Positions 31,001 through 39,980 of a stretch of DNA of 52,219 bases are shown here, one piece after another. Both the position numbers and the translations under genes were made by a program. Source of the stretch: a virus (lineage: Duplodnaviria > Caudoviricetes); IMG/VR virus record IMGVR_UViG_3300025127_000055, positions 1 through 52,219 of that record. One strand, 5' to 3'. Below the pieces are notes generated by a model. The model ran no database searches and was not told where the DNA came from. It worked only from the letters and a program-made list of their open reading frames with translations. How positions within the stretch are numbered: the first letter of the stretch is position 1; each line of letters opens with the position of its first letter.

Positions 31001-34000
31001 GTTACTATCGATCCTGCACTATGAGTTGATGATGATGAATCATCATATCCTCTTCTAACTCGATATCTATTATTAACATCATCGTGTCCAAGTATAAGAA
31101 ATTTTTCTGTTCCTATTTGAACTACATCATCCACTTTAAACTTTCTAGAAATAGTGGAATCCGAAAAAGTTGCAAATGTTGTGATTCCAGTTGTCGAATC
31201 GTTTGCAATGTTTGTAGATAATCCAGAACTTACTGTTGTAACTCCGATAGTCTTTATGCCTTCAATGTTTTTATAACTTGTTGAAGTTATTCCTGATATT
31301 TCAACTATGTCCCCATCAAAAAATCCATGAGGAAGAGTTGATAATCCTGTGACCTTCCCATCAGTTACAGTAAATGTTAAATTGTTTACTACTGTATTTG
31401 TAGTTTCAACTGAAACAATCGTTTTTCCAATGACTTGATCTACCTTAGCTAAAATAGTAGGATCATTAAAGTTTAATTTATCATTTACCTTATAGTTTGA
31501 TCCAAATTGATCTACTTTAACACCAGTTATTGTAGATGATTTAACTGAACCAACTTTTAATTCTGCATTTGAATCTAAAGAGTCTTGTAATAGAGGATAT
31601 CTCCTAAAATCGTCGTTTAATCCTAAATGAGTAACATTTCGTTTATAATCCCCACTGTTTACAATTTCATCTGTTTGTTTGCTATCTGTTATGTAATTAA
31701 AACGATCTGTGGCATCACGATGTGAAAATGTGATATATGGAAATGATGGATTTTTAGTAGTATTATCTATTGTTGAAAAGTAAGCATAAGTTCCTTCAGG
31801 AAAATCAGAATTAATCACAAATTTTCCATTGTTTTCATCTAAATCTCCACTTTGATTATAAGTATAATCTTCAATAAAGAATCCACTTTGGTAATTAGGT
31901 GGTCTTAATTGAGTATCTGCTACTGGATTGAGAACATAACTTGATTTCATAAAAGTAAATCCAATTCCCGTTCTTTCTCCAACTGGGCCATATATCGGAT
32001 TACCGTCATAAGACCAACCAACAATTTTTGAATGATTATCGGTCAATTCTGTTAAAGATTCGTCAATATTATCTCTAAGTAAACGACGATATTTTTTAAC
32101 TGGATAAAATGAACAAATTTTATTATTTTTTGATAAATCTCCGTTTACTTGTAAAAGTTGAGAGTTGTTTTCAGTTAAACTATAATCGTATCTCTCTACT
32201 GCATTTATCTGCCATTCATGTAATTTAGAATTTATAATTGCACCAGATCCAGTAGGTATTACATCTATTAAGGTATCATTTAAACTATAACCAGATCCAC
32301 TTTCAACCACAATAACATCAGTAATTTCTCCATCTGCAATTACAGATTTCAATTCAGCAATTTGCCCACTTGTTCCAGAAGTACCACCAACTCCAACAAC
32401 TTTAAGATTTGGTGGTGTCGTGTAGTTAGTACCACCATTTACAATATCAACATCTGTTATTTTTCCATCAAGAATAATTGGACGTAAAACTGCATCTCCA
32501 TCTCCAGTTAGTAGTTTTATTTCTGGTTGACGTATATAATTAATAATATCTGTTACACCATATCCAACTCCACCATCTTCAACATAAATGTTTTTTAACC
32601 CACCTTTAACCACAGGTGTGGCAGTTGCTTTGAAATAATCAGGAATTATAGTCGTTTGTCCAACAGATACCGTTCCGTTAATACTAACTTCAATATCTGG
32701 ATATTTAAATGTATGCGTACCAACACCGACACTATTTAAATTTCTATATATTTTTCTTTCATAATCTTCAATATTATTTTCAATTAATTCAACTTTAAAA
32801 TCAGTTATGTTAGCTGTGTTATTACTTGCGTCAACCGCATTAACGTATAAGAGGAAAAGATCACCATTTTCACTAACAGCAGTAAATTCACCAGTAAGAA
32901 CTCCAATTTCCCCATCCCAATCTGAAAATTTAGTTTCACTTCCACCAATATGAACAATTCTGGAGTGTCTGTTGGCATTATCAAAATTGATCTGAAAATC
33001 AGTGTTTAATGAAATTCTATATTTTTCACCAATTCTTAAATTGTTAAGTTTAATTCTAACAAAACCAGCAGGACTACTATGATCATCAACTTGTTGCCAT
33101 GAAGTAGCACCACTTACGTAAGTATGTGAAACTAATCTATTTGTATGATGAAAGGTGAATCCCACTGCGTAATTAGTATCTTCATCAGGCCCTTTATCAG
33201 AAAGTTTAAATTTATCATCAGATATTTTAGTAACTTTATATCTAGTTATTGTGTTCAATCCAACAATTCTATCATTAAAATTATTACACATATATTCTAA
33301 AATATCACCATTTTTCAAATTGTGATTTTTAGCATAAATGTAATTATTTTCTGTGTTAACTCCACTGTAAATTTCAACAGGACTACTTACTGGATAACTA
33401 TTGCTTCTAACTGAAATTTGATGTTTGTCATATCCAGATCCAGAATCATTAACAATTATTCTATCAATAATTTTTCTTATATTTTTAGATCTAAATGTGT
33501 GAGTTTGATCTCCATTAGAAGTAAATTCTATTAAATTTGTTTTACTTATTGCTTTTTGTTCACTTACTGCTAATCGAAAAGAATCTTCATCAATTTTTGC
33601 TATAAAATATGATGTATTCGATCTTAGTCTATCAGTAGATGCAATTCCAGTTTCAGCAAAACTAACAGCGATTCCAATTGGAGTTCCAGAAGCTATGTAA
33701 GTTACTTCTTCACCATCAAAAAATCTATGTTCACCATTAATTTTATTATCTCCCACCTCAATATTAGTTTCATCAAATATTTTTTGATGAGTAAGACCTC
33801 TCATTTTTGCTTCACAGATTGCACCAGACCCATTTCCTCCAACTACTTTTACAGAGGGAGTGTCCAAATAATCAAATCCAGATTTATCTAAAATTATTTC
33901 TGATATAGATCCAGTAAAATTTGCATTTGCTATACAACCACTTCCACTAGTGTCTGTTATTATCAGTGATGGTGATTCAATAATATTAAAATCATTTCCA

Positions 34001-36162
34001 GAATCTAAAACTTCAATATTATCAATCTGTCCATAAAAAACTGAATCTTTAGAAATTGGAGAGTGGTATTCAATACCATTCAAAGACACTCCAATTTGTC
34101 CACTAATATTAGTATTTTCAGTTTTTATTTTAGGTGTTTTGTATATCCTTTTGAAATGATTTTGATTAGTTAACTTTTCTCCTCCATACAAATCAGCAGG
34201 AATTATCGAATGTAAATCTGATCCTGTTCCTAAAAATACTTCAAATAAATTTTCGTACAAACTAGAATTATTTAATGATAGTCTCAAACTATCTTTGTCT
34301 ACAACATTTACATAGTAATAACCACTAGATCCTTTAGATGCAACAGTAGATAGTCCAACATAAACTTTTTCTCCATTTAAAAAATTATGATCATTTATAG
34401 TAATTACTCCATTTGCATCAATACTTCCAAATGTAAAAGATTTTGATCTATTACTTGTTTGAGTATCAAAAGATGGATATCCAGAGAAAGCAACATAAGC
34501 ATTTTTCTCAGAATCTACAAATGAATTTTGTATATTTGATAAAAGTGAAGTAATTCCAAAATTTGAAGAGGCATAGTTTAATTTTTTCTTAATTATATAA
34601 TCTCCAAATATGATATCTGAAATAACTGAAGTATCAATAGAAAAGTCTTTGGGTGAACCAATATTATTAACTTCTATATCCTCTTTAATTATTGCTCCAG
34701 TATCTTTGTATATAACATCAACTTTATCACCAATCTTTAAAAAATGTTCTGTTAAAGTGGAAAAGTTTACGGTGGTAGCTGGATGTTGTTGAACATCAAT
34801 ATACGATAAGTTATTATAAAACCAAGTATTAAATCTTAAATCATTGATATCATATTTTTCTCCTAAGTGTTTTACTTTAATTGAGTCGTCAAGATCAAAA
34901 TATTTTGTAACATCAATATTGTCATCAGATTTAGTGATTGATCCAACCACTCTCATTTGACAAATTTTATTTAAATCATTATTTTCATATCCGTATACAA
35001 AATTCAAATCTATTATAGGATCAGATTCAGTTAAAGTTGTAGTAATACCTGTACATCCAAAAAATTGATTGCTTGATTTAGATGTAAATTCTGCTAATGA
35101 ATATACATTATCTGCATTTGGGTAATAAAAATTACCTGTTTCTCCAAATCCAATCGTGGAGTCTACGGTCACGACTTCAGTTGTTGATGCAGTCGATACT
35201 ACTTTTGTTTTAGTTGAAACTTTAAATTTATTAAATATTGTTCCCTTTGAAAAAGATATTTGATAATACTGTTTATTACCTAAAAATTTTGTAGATACAT
35301 TTGAAACTGAGCCACTAGCAGTTGGATTTATGAGTGAATCTTGGTATATTTTTAGACCTATCAAATTCAAAGGATTACCAGTAAGAACTTCAACCACAAT
35401 GTCGTCAGTTATATCCCATTTTGCTCCTGATGGGATAATAGTTTGATCAAAAGGTTTAATAATCTCAACTTGTTCACCATATAAAACTTGAAAAAGTATT
35501 TTTAAAGATACATCAGTTCCTTTTGAACTATAAAAATCTTTTGCTCTTGATAAAATATTTTCTACGTTCAGTCCATATGCAAAACTTCTTCCCTCTAATC
35601 CAGGTAAGAAGTTTCTTCTAAATTTTTTATAAAACTCCTTTATAAAGATAAAACTTAGGTTTACAACGATTGTATTTGCAGAGTGTGAAACAGCGTTAGT
35701 ATCACTGAATGTTAAAAATTCAGGATTATTATTATTACTAATTTCAGATATACCACTAAATCCACGAACACATCCTGTAAATGAAGTTGCAGTTTTTCCA
35801 GTATATGTAATGATTTCGTTATCAATTTTTAGTAATCCATACTTTTCTGGAAATCCTGTTGTTTGATTTACATTAATTACACCATCATATGCATATATTA
35901 AAGACGTTAAAGTAACTGGTGATTCTGGATTTAAACTATTTGGTGCTGGAACTGTTTGTTTTTCAACTAATGATATATCTGAAATTGTAGATATGTTTTT
36001 AAGAGATGAAATATGATCAGATATGTAGGTAGTTCCATACTCACGTTCTTCCGATTCGTAATATTGGGTTAAAAATTCTTTAAAAAGCGGATTATCAGCT
36101 TGTATGAAATCTGGTATTTGACTACCAAGAATATTTGAAATTTTAATTTTTTTATCTGACAT
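25003..36162 (-). CDS. gp7: Baseplate wedge initiator (gp7-like), greatly expanded, 3719 aa
   Basis: QIPDFI..FLTQYY N-terminus, KDFYSSKGT..SLKILF, IHDNDYYQRFSYSIK..HVAGFKNF; lies between gp6 and gp8. Confidence 0.9.
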   Translation of the reverse strand: MSDKKIKISNILGSQIPDFIQADNPLFKEFLTQYYESEEREYGTTYISDHISSLKNISTISDISLVEKQTVPAPNSLNPESPVTLTSLIYAYDGVINVNQTTGFPEKYGLLKIDNEIITYTGKTATSFTGCVRGFSGISEISNNNNPEFLTFSDTNAVSHSANTIVVNLSFIFIKEFYKKFRRNFLPGLEGRSFAYGLNVENILSRAKDFYSSKGTDVSLKILFQVLYGEQVEIIKPFDQTIIPSGAKWDITDDIVVEVLTGNPLNLIGLKIYQDSLINPTASGSVSNVSTKFLGNKQYYQISFSKGTIFNKFKVSTKTKVVSTASTTEVVTVDSTIGFGETGNFYYPNADNVYSLAEFTSKSSNQFFGCTGITTTLTESDPIIDLNFVYGYENNDLNKICQMRVVGSITKSDDNIDVTKYFDLDDSIKVKHLGEKYDINDLRFNTWFYNNLSYIDVQQHPATTVNFSTLTEHFLKIGDKVDVIYKDTGAIIKEDIEVNNIGSPKDFSIDTSVISDIIFGDYIIKKKLNYASSNFGITSLLSNIQNSFVDSEKNAYVAFSGYPSFDTQTSNRSKSFTFGSIDANGVITINDHNFLNGEKVYVGLSTVASKGSSGYYYVNVVDKDSLRLSLNNSSLYENLFEVFLGTGSDLHSIIPADLYGGEKLTNQNHFKRIYKTPKIKTENTNISGQIGVSLNGIEYHSPISKDSVFYGQIDNIEVLDSGNDFNIIESPSLIITDTSGSGCIANANFTGSISEIILDKSGFDYLDTPSVKVVGGNGSGAICEAKMRGLTHQKIFDETNIEVGDNKINGEHRFFDGEEVTYIASGTPIGIAVSFAETGIASTDRLRSNTSYFIAKIDEDSFRLAVSEQKAISKTNLIEFTSNGDQTHTFRSKNIRKIIDRIIVNDSGSGYDKHQISVRSNSYPVSSPVEIYSGVNTENNYIYAKNHNLKNGDILEYMCNNFNDRIVGLNTITRYKVTKISDDKFKLSDKGPDEDTNYAVGFTFHHTNRLVSHTYVSGATSWQQVDDHSSPAGFVRIKLNNLRIGEKYRISLNTDFQINFDNANRHSRIVHIGGSETKFSDWDGEIGVLTGEFTAVSENGDLFLLYVNAVDASNNTANITDFKVELIENNIEDYERKIYRNLNSVGVGTHTFKYPDIEVSINGTVSVGQTTIIPDYFKATATPVVKGGLKNIYVEDGGVGYGVTDIINYIRQPEIKLLTGDGDAVLRPIILDGKITDVDIVNGGTNYTTPPNLKVVGVGGTSGTSGQIAELKSVIADGEITDVIVVESGSGYSLNDTLIDVIPTGSGAIINSKLHEWQINAVERYDYSLTENNSQLLQVNGDLSKNNKICSFYPVKKYRRLLRDNIDESLTELTDNHSKIVGWSYDGNPIYGPVGERTGIGFTFMKSSYVLNPVADTQLRPPNYQSGFFIEDYTYNQSGDLDENNGKFVINSDFPEGTYAYFSTIDNTTKNPSFPYITFSHRDATDRFNYITDSKQTDEIVNSGDYKRNVTHLGLNDDFRRYPLLQDSLDSNAELKVGSVKSSTITGVKVDQFGSNYKVNDKLNFNDPTILAKVDQVIGKTIVSVETTNTVVNNLTFTVTDGKVTGLSTLPHGFFDGDIVEISGITSTSYKNIEGIKTIGVTTVSSGLSTNIANDSTTGITTFATFSDSTISRKFKVDDVVQIGTEKFLILGHDDVNNRYRVRRGYDDSSSSTHSAGSIVTKLQTEFTYSIPKKIKNKNAEPTSVSYFEATKSVGIGTTTTKVVVGFAGSLPINKSIPAKAIYLPNHNFKNGEEVRLTSIGSTITGTKNLNLSNAFDLSGIGTFYCSKISDDFIGLSTEKVSFKTNQIFFTSINSSVGDDNKIEKISEKVSGFARRVDGTVTVSVGSTSGQQHGLSVNDEFELHITSDNTQTFNFKYNSTIGKLVVNPLSFLDSAIGTGTTNSKITINNHDFQTGDLIVYNSSTPASPLVNDGVYYVIRDSINTIRLAENSHDLSIFPINYVSIASTGGQDHEISKINPKLTFYKNNIINFVTSDLSLTNFEIDFYNDENFKSKYNSDLITKTSSNILISVGSSLSTEFFYKIQGKNTNYDKTLFLPVDERVSDYAKIEVKDSLFNTKHRVTGIGSTTFNFNPKTVSETNSYTNSGFSSAFYSTSSTGEIGGIYSVKVLSDGINVDKLPIITSIGTTTGVNAVLSVETDDIGSANDTKVSNQGLEFSPDKTLKPKADSNVILELKDTLTLESIGISSGGINYISPPNVLAIGKTSIVAQTSLTGTSVGEVKILTNESGLSEDLRIIPTTNSNGIVVTAATTNSNKTVRLSLRAPIPDSGSDSGFYNNAGQFPFAVNDEIFVENIKITDDADGYNSSDYNYTYFRVTGISTGGGQEAIFYSLVGLGTTGGLYQIDNNFGRVIKKDDLAVFTPVFKRTSFIDEEVVKVDGRDVFATVSKNGWNQVSESLKVFNPNGDFIAGDKITGTISNNKGTVTKQFKFDFDLNVDSTAVNFNGWKDDIGKLNLDVQNIHDNDYYQRFSYSIKGDVPYDTWKDSVDSLGHVAGFKNFCNLGIGTTANATEGKKNLRPKAEGQIDFDVDINEEVSVHERFYYDMVGEDTDDENLSKLVIFRSKIITDYNESVSNKVLLIDDISSQFTGIVTSTGGGVIGTTSFNVFTGGNRLFHREFNPSGINTVSSQITISDHNFNTGERLIYKPHTGQSPIGIGITSDTNTGVAATTLLPSEIFAIKVDSDTIQVAIAASFASAGLAVTFTNVIGIGNTNTVSVPPDDATIRGLISIDNMIQSPVGFSTVVSVGLSTAVGLSTNIVFLNDVSEISGKSLLKIEDEIVKVNLVGVGSTNSLNVVRGEMGTVAAAHTVGAAVTVVKGDYRIKEGRIYFSEAPYGPTASSGIVTFSTFSGRAYYRLNYNTNAIIDDISDRFDGSTDKFDLTSNGTDVSGVINSFGAFLINNIFQKPFYGDVGDINKSDYRLVGTGQTIDFTGTAANKDLPKGGIINEFDVGIGSAYQVPRKAVLTAVVSAGGTIQSVGIASGGAGYLSNPLVSVSSTTGVGAAISAFVTAGVVTSVTINNPGTGYTSVGISTGINFVTVAPPSPYKNIPLSGGNGSGAKIDVVVGTGGSIVSFDMSDRGIGYEIGDNLQLTTLPFQVGIGTSAFNITVKNKFHDKFAGWCFGQLLELDDFSAQFNGFRRSFLITRTITDKEYYSIVAREGSGIILQNNFLIFINDILQKPGQDYEFEKGTRMTFREAPKAGSNFKMYFYTGSSDDFIKEDVDETIKPGDQLKLQYYSEENVNSGIVTTTPHNLIETVTITNGGSGFAIGQEVELLGGSDESGNDAAGVTLENPTGKKNPNVDLAKLKIDSITPDGGVLGVTIINTGALYTAGIKTAIGGSGSDLFVRVTIDEDSKVRTESRSIVDRESEQDNRVVYELIASDTVETTTYSGVGISTDGTFSRPTMWRKQTEDLIIDGQSMSKERNYLEPKILPTTGIIKSITPTDTKIYVQDTWLFQQVDNLGQTQNDINIVGLGTTAVVETIEEVSYNGDYGIVTGIGLSATGINTTGPAIFFEIKPDPLIYSPSPGSNQISKSGITTGDYFVIKNTFIGSGVTGIKTTSSGPETVSIGNSFLDNVYYAAHFVSVGSSMTRVFANVSSISGINTAGLSAYYKSGNYSWGSINVSRSANSKPFTFHNQNGLLGIETSTQIIRTLPMRTSYT

Positions 36163-36165
36163 TTC

Positions 36166-38043
36166 TTATCTTATGTACTTTTTATTGCTGATAAAACTAG
36201 ATGGTGGTATGTAATTTGTTCCTGATATATTTGAACCAGAAACAAGAACGTCCTCTAATAAGTTTAATTTACTATTTCCTGTAGTATCTAGCACAATATA
36301 AAGATTCTCTTTTGCCACAATATCATTTGATTCTGGAGTCACTTCAATTTCAATTCTTTCTGAAAGAGATGTTGATACAATATTTACTGGAAATAAATTC
36401 ACTTCACCTCTTACGTAATCCACTGTTCCTGCATTATCATTAACGTATGTTATAATTCCATCAACAAACGTAAAAAATTTAACAGTTCCTGTAAGTTGAT
36501 TCGAGTTTGGAAAATCAGTTAGGTATATGTCACCATCAACTCCTTCAATTCTAAATGCAGAGGAGCGAACATTAAAACCTTCCAAATCAGCATGAAATCT
36601 ATTTCCATAACAAACTTCATATGTTGCAATTGAATTATATGCAGGAACCATATTTCTTCTTATTACAAGAGTTGTGATGTTCGAAGTAATACCAGTATCA
36701 ATACTGTCAATTTGTGAAAGTAACTTACTGTACTTTAATCTTCCACCAAAAGAGTTGATATCTGCTGAAGTTGCATAATTTTCAATTGCTGATGTAATTC
36801 TAGATTGAAGATTTAATTTATCTGAAATAAATCCAGAGTCGTATGAAACAGTTGTGTTATATTCGACATACAAATACATCAAATCAAGGAATTCTTGTTT
36901 AATTCCAGCCACTGTGTATTTTTTAAGATCATTCTTAATTGAATCTTTAACAACATCGGATAAAATTTCACCATACTTAGGTTTAATTGTAATATAAACT
37001 TTTCCGTATTCGGGTGGATCAAGTTCTTCACCGCCATAAGCACTTACAGAGTCAATATTTGGATATAAAAAAGGAATTAGACTCTTATAATCATTTGGTG
37101 TAACTGCTCTGTATTGAGACGCATAGACCCTTGGAGCAAGGTATTTGATGTTATCTATTGATTCTATCGAATCTCCATTATCAGATCTTCCTACAGTCGC
37201 TAGAAGCGATATTCCACTTGTAATATCAGCACCATTATTATCTGTTAATCTTCCACTAAAATTAAAATTTGTGGCACCATTTCCTTCTTTTCCATTTGTA
37301 ACTATGTAACTAACGTTTATTACTGCTTTATCTGCTGGTTTTTTACCCAAAATTCCATCACCAAAAAGAATTTGGTATTTTTCATCATCAATTTCTTGAA
37401 TTAGAAACAATCTAGATTGTGAATTTACATCAAAAATGTTAGTATACGCATTATAAGTTAGAGTTCCTTCATTATCAGTTACTTCAACACGAATTGAAGA
37501 TGTATCAATGTTTGCATTTGGTAAAATATACCTTTCATTGGTCTGTGAATTGTCTACAACGAAAGTTTTTGTTAAATAATTACCCTCATAAATTGAAATA
37601 TTCTCAAAACTAGCAATTCCATTACTATTTGGAGAAACAGTAATATCCTCTGGTATTGAAAATATGTAACTTCCCCCTTGAACCGCACCTAAAGCAACTA
37701 ATCCAGCATTTAATTTAACATTAAGTACGTTTGTTCCTGATACATTAACGTTAAAATTAACGATTGCGGTTGCTGATTTACTTGATCTTGGTACATATCC
37801 AATATTTCTTGCTAATGATACGACATTTTCACGTAGAGTTGCACTATCAATGAAGGATTCATTGACAGCCATGTTCGTATTGTAAGAGTTAATGTAAGAA
37901 TTATAAGCTAAAGTATCAATTAAAATCGAAAAATTAGACCCTTCAAAGTCAAAATCAGTAAAATTTGAGTTTGATCTCAAATAATCTTTAATTTGAGCTC
38001 TTAAAGTGTTAAAATCGAGGTTAGTAAACTGTGTAAATGACAT
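36166..38043 (-). CDS. gp6: Baseplate wedge subunit (T4 gp6)
   Basis: FTDFDFEGSNFSILIDTLAYN, SATLRENVVSLARNIGYVPRS, FGDGILGK, QYRAVTPNDY. Confidence 0.96.
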   Translation of the reverse strand: MSFTQFTNLDFNTLRAQIKDYLRSNSNFTDFDFEGSNFSILIDTLAYNSYINSYNTNMAVNESFIDSATLRENVVSLARNIGYVPRSSKSATAIVNFNVNVSGTNVLNVKLNAGLVALGAVQGGSYIFSIPEDITVSPNSNGIASFENISIYEGNYLTKTFVVDNSQTNERYILPNANIDTSSIRVEVTDNEGTLTYNAYTNIFDVNSQSRLFLIQEIDDEKYQILFGDGILGKKPADKAVINVSYIVTNGKEGNGATNFNFSGRLTDNNGADITSGISLLATVGRSDNGDSIESIDNIKYLAPRVYASQYRAVTPNDYKSLIPFLYPNIDSVSAYGGEELDPPEYGKVYITIKPKYGEILSDVVKDSIKNDLKKYTVAGIKQEFLDLMYLYVEYNTTVSYDSGFISDKLNLQSRITSAIENYATSADINSFGGRLKYSKLLSQIDSIDTGITSNITTLVIRRNMVPAYNSIATYEVCYGNRFHADLEGFNVRSSAFRIEGVDGDIYLTDFPNSNQLTGTVKFFTFVDGIITYVNDNAGTVDYVRGEVNLFPVNIVSTSLSERIEIEVTPESNDIVAKENLYIVLDTTGNSKLNLLEDVLVSGSNISGTNYIPPSSFISNKKYIR

Positions 38044-38444
38044 TATATCCTAGTCGGTTGGAGTAAAAATTCGATATTTTGTGTTGGAAATGGTAATCCT
38101 GTAATTTCATACTCAATTCTTATCTGCAATTCATAAGAATCAACTACAGAATCAATCAAAACATTGGTTAAATTGATTCTTGGTTCATAATTTTTGAGTA
38201 AAGTACTAATTTCTCTTTCTAAAAATGATGCAATGTCAGTCAAATTCGTCTCAAATAACGAATCTTCAATTGATGTACCTAATAAGTCGTTAAAAAACCT
38301 CTCATTTATGCGTGTTCGACATAAATTAATCACTGATTTCTTAATTGCATCTTCATTTTTCAGCACAGTTACATCATTTGTAACAGGATGCCGAGTAAAT
38401 GACAAACTTATGTCCTTAAATGCACGAGAAATTCTAACTACCAT
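38043..38444 (-). CDS. gp25: Baseplate wedge subunit (T4 gp25)
   Basis: FKDISLSFTRHPVTND, AIKKSVINL..T..ERFF, YEPRI. Confidence 0.95.
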   Translation of the reverse strand: MVVRISRAFKDISLSFTRHPVTNDVTVLKNEDAIKKSVINLCRTRINERFFNDLLGTSIEDSLFETNLTDIASFLEREISTLLKNYEPRINLTNVLIDSVVDSYELQIRIEYEITGLPFPTQNIEFLLQPTRI

Positions 38445-38501
38445 TCAATTTGATATATTTTTCCTAATATATCTATAAGGGTTTTTAAGATATAAGTTTA
38501 T

Positions 38502-38633
38502 TTATTGTTCTTCTTTCAAAAATTGAGGTTTTTCTTCCTCTTTTTCTTCAAAATAAGCATCAGCATCATACTCATTAATCAATTTTCGACCAGTTTTGGT
38601 AAATTCTTCGGATTTATCCATTTTGATAACCAT
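38502..38633 (-). CDS. Small acidic hypothetical protein (43 aa, MVIKMDKSEEFTKTGRKLINEYDADAYF...)
   Basis: Read by hand; fills the gap downstream of a GATAAATA late-promoter-like site at 38654-38661. Confidence 0.6.
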   Translation of the reverse strand: MVIKMDKSEEFTKTGRKLINEYDADAYFEEKEEEKPQFLKEEQ

Positions 38634-38656
38634 TTTTTGTTTCCGTAATGATTTAT

Positions 38657-39334
38657 TTATCCTAATTCGGGTTCATTTTCGGTATTTTTGCGTTCTTTTG
38701 CAGTTTTCCAAAAATAATTCTCTTCTGAACCCAATCCATCACGATCATGACCGTTTTCTACCTGATAATACACAGTTGAAACCTTAAAATCAGGAATCTT
38801 AGGTGTCTCAGGAGTGATACTATTGTCATATATCCTCATTCTGTTGTTTGGATAGAGACAAAACTGTCCATTATCCAATTCTAAGAGGTTGTGACTCTTA
38901 TGTTCAGCTGGTTGTTCACTTGTTGAGTAGTCAATTGCATCTACATCTTGATGGTAGTTGTCTAAAGTGCAAATATAAGTGCCTGTTTGGTTTCCATAGT
39001 CTCTTGTCATCACTTCATAGTGCATTGAACCGATAAACTGCTTCTGTACTGCTACAACCCCGTAGTCCATGCAGTTCCAAAACTGAAGGTTATGTAATGT
39101 CATATCTGGTTTCGGTGTCTCTGGGTCTGTTGTGAAGGCAGAGATAGGCAATTTATCAAACATTGCTGCATACTCTGGTAAATAAGTTTCAAAGTAAAAG
39201 GCACGACCTGGTATACTCTTTGCAGATACCCATACTCCTTTCACAAACTCACCATGACCACTCTTGTGGTCGGTTAGATACTCTTTTCTTACCCATACCT
39301 CATAGGAGGGTAAATTTGCAATTAAACAAGCCAT
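38657..39334 (-). CDS. Conserved cyanophage hypothetical protein (225 aa)
   Basis: Clean ORF (MACLIANLP..VWVRKEYL..GHGEF..LYPNNRMR), a type of protein I recall upstream of gp25 in cyanomyoviruses. Confidence 0.85.
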   Translation of the reverse strand: MACLIANLPSYEVWVRKEYLTDHKSGHGEFVKGVWVSAKSIPGRAFYFETYLPEYAAMFDKLPISAFTTDPETPKPDMTLHNLQFWNCMDYGVVAVQKQFIGSMHYEVMTRDYGNQTGTYICTLDNYHQDVDAIDYSTSEQPAEHKSHNLLELDNGQFCLYPNNRMRIYDNSITPETPKIPDFKVSTVYYQVENGHDRDGLGSEENYFWKTAKERKNTENEPELG

Positions 39335-39336
39335 TT

Positions 39337-39489
39337 TTAGATGTGATGATAAACTTCAACATAAGATTCGCACTTCGGACAAGTAAAAGTGGAAAAGAAG
39401 TCGTATTCTGACTCCTCACCATCATTTATATCCTCCATCGAGTGATCTGCACCCCAGATCAATTCAGTTCCACAATGCCAACAATTCAT
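39337..39489 (-). CDS. Small zinc-ribbon protein (50 aa, MNCWHCGTELIWG...CPKC...)
   Basis: Read by hand; CxxC...CxxC; ATG overlaps the upstream TAA. Confidence 0.75.
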   Translation of the reverse strand: MNCWHCGTELIWGADHSMEDINDGEESEYDFFSTFTCPKCESYVEVYHHI

Positions 39490-39827
39490 TAGTTCTCCCA
39501 CTTACCTTTTGTTTCCCACTCGATATACTCTTTATTTCTTTTTTCAATATAATCCCAGAACCATTTATTTGGATCATTTGCATCTGCTACTGATCTTGGT
39601 TCTAATTCTTTTATCTTCTTCTCAAACTCATCTGCAATAATCCAATCCATATCCTTTATAACCTGTCCTGTGAGTTGATTCTCAAATGCAGGACTTTTCA
39701 TATACAGAAAGACAAAGAGGCCTGATGTAAACGTAATAAGAGACGTTCCAAGTGCAAATGCAGCAATAAACCGAGTTCGAATACGACTCGGTGTTCTTTG
39801 AAACTCAACATTCTTATCAAACATCAT
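39489..39827 (-). CDS. Hypothetical membrane protein (112 aa)
   Basis: One hydrophobic segment FIAAFALGTSLITFTSGLFVFLYM. Confidence 0.7.
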   Translation of the reverse strand: MMFDKNVEFQRTPSRIRTRFIAAFALGTSLITFTSGLFVFLYMKSPAFENQLTGQVIKDMDWIIADEFEKKIKELEPRSVADANDPNKWFWDYIEKRNKEYIEWETKGKWEN

Positions 39828-39964
39828 TTACCTTGACCTCTGTATCTCTTCTTTGCCCCGTTACGACTCGTAGCAGAGTACTTACTATGCTTTCCTTTTC
39901 CTTGTCTTGTCTTCTTTGGACGACTTTCAATTAATGAATCACCCATACTGAATCTCATTGCCAT
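39824..39964 (-). CDS. Small highly basic protein (46 aa, ...PKKTRQGKGKHSKYSATSRNGAKKRYRGQGK)
   Basis: Read by hand; SD AAGGAG upstream; stop overlaps the downstream ATG. Confidence 0.75.
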   Translation of the reverse strand: MAMRFSMGDSLIESRPKKTRQGKGKHSKYSATSRNGAKKRYRGQGK

Positions 39965-39980
39965 AATTAATGCTCCTTAA

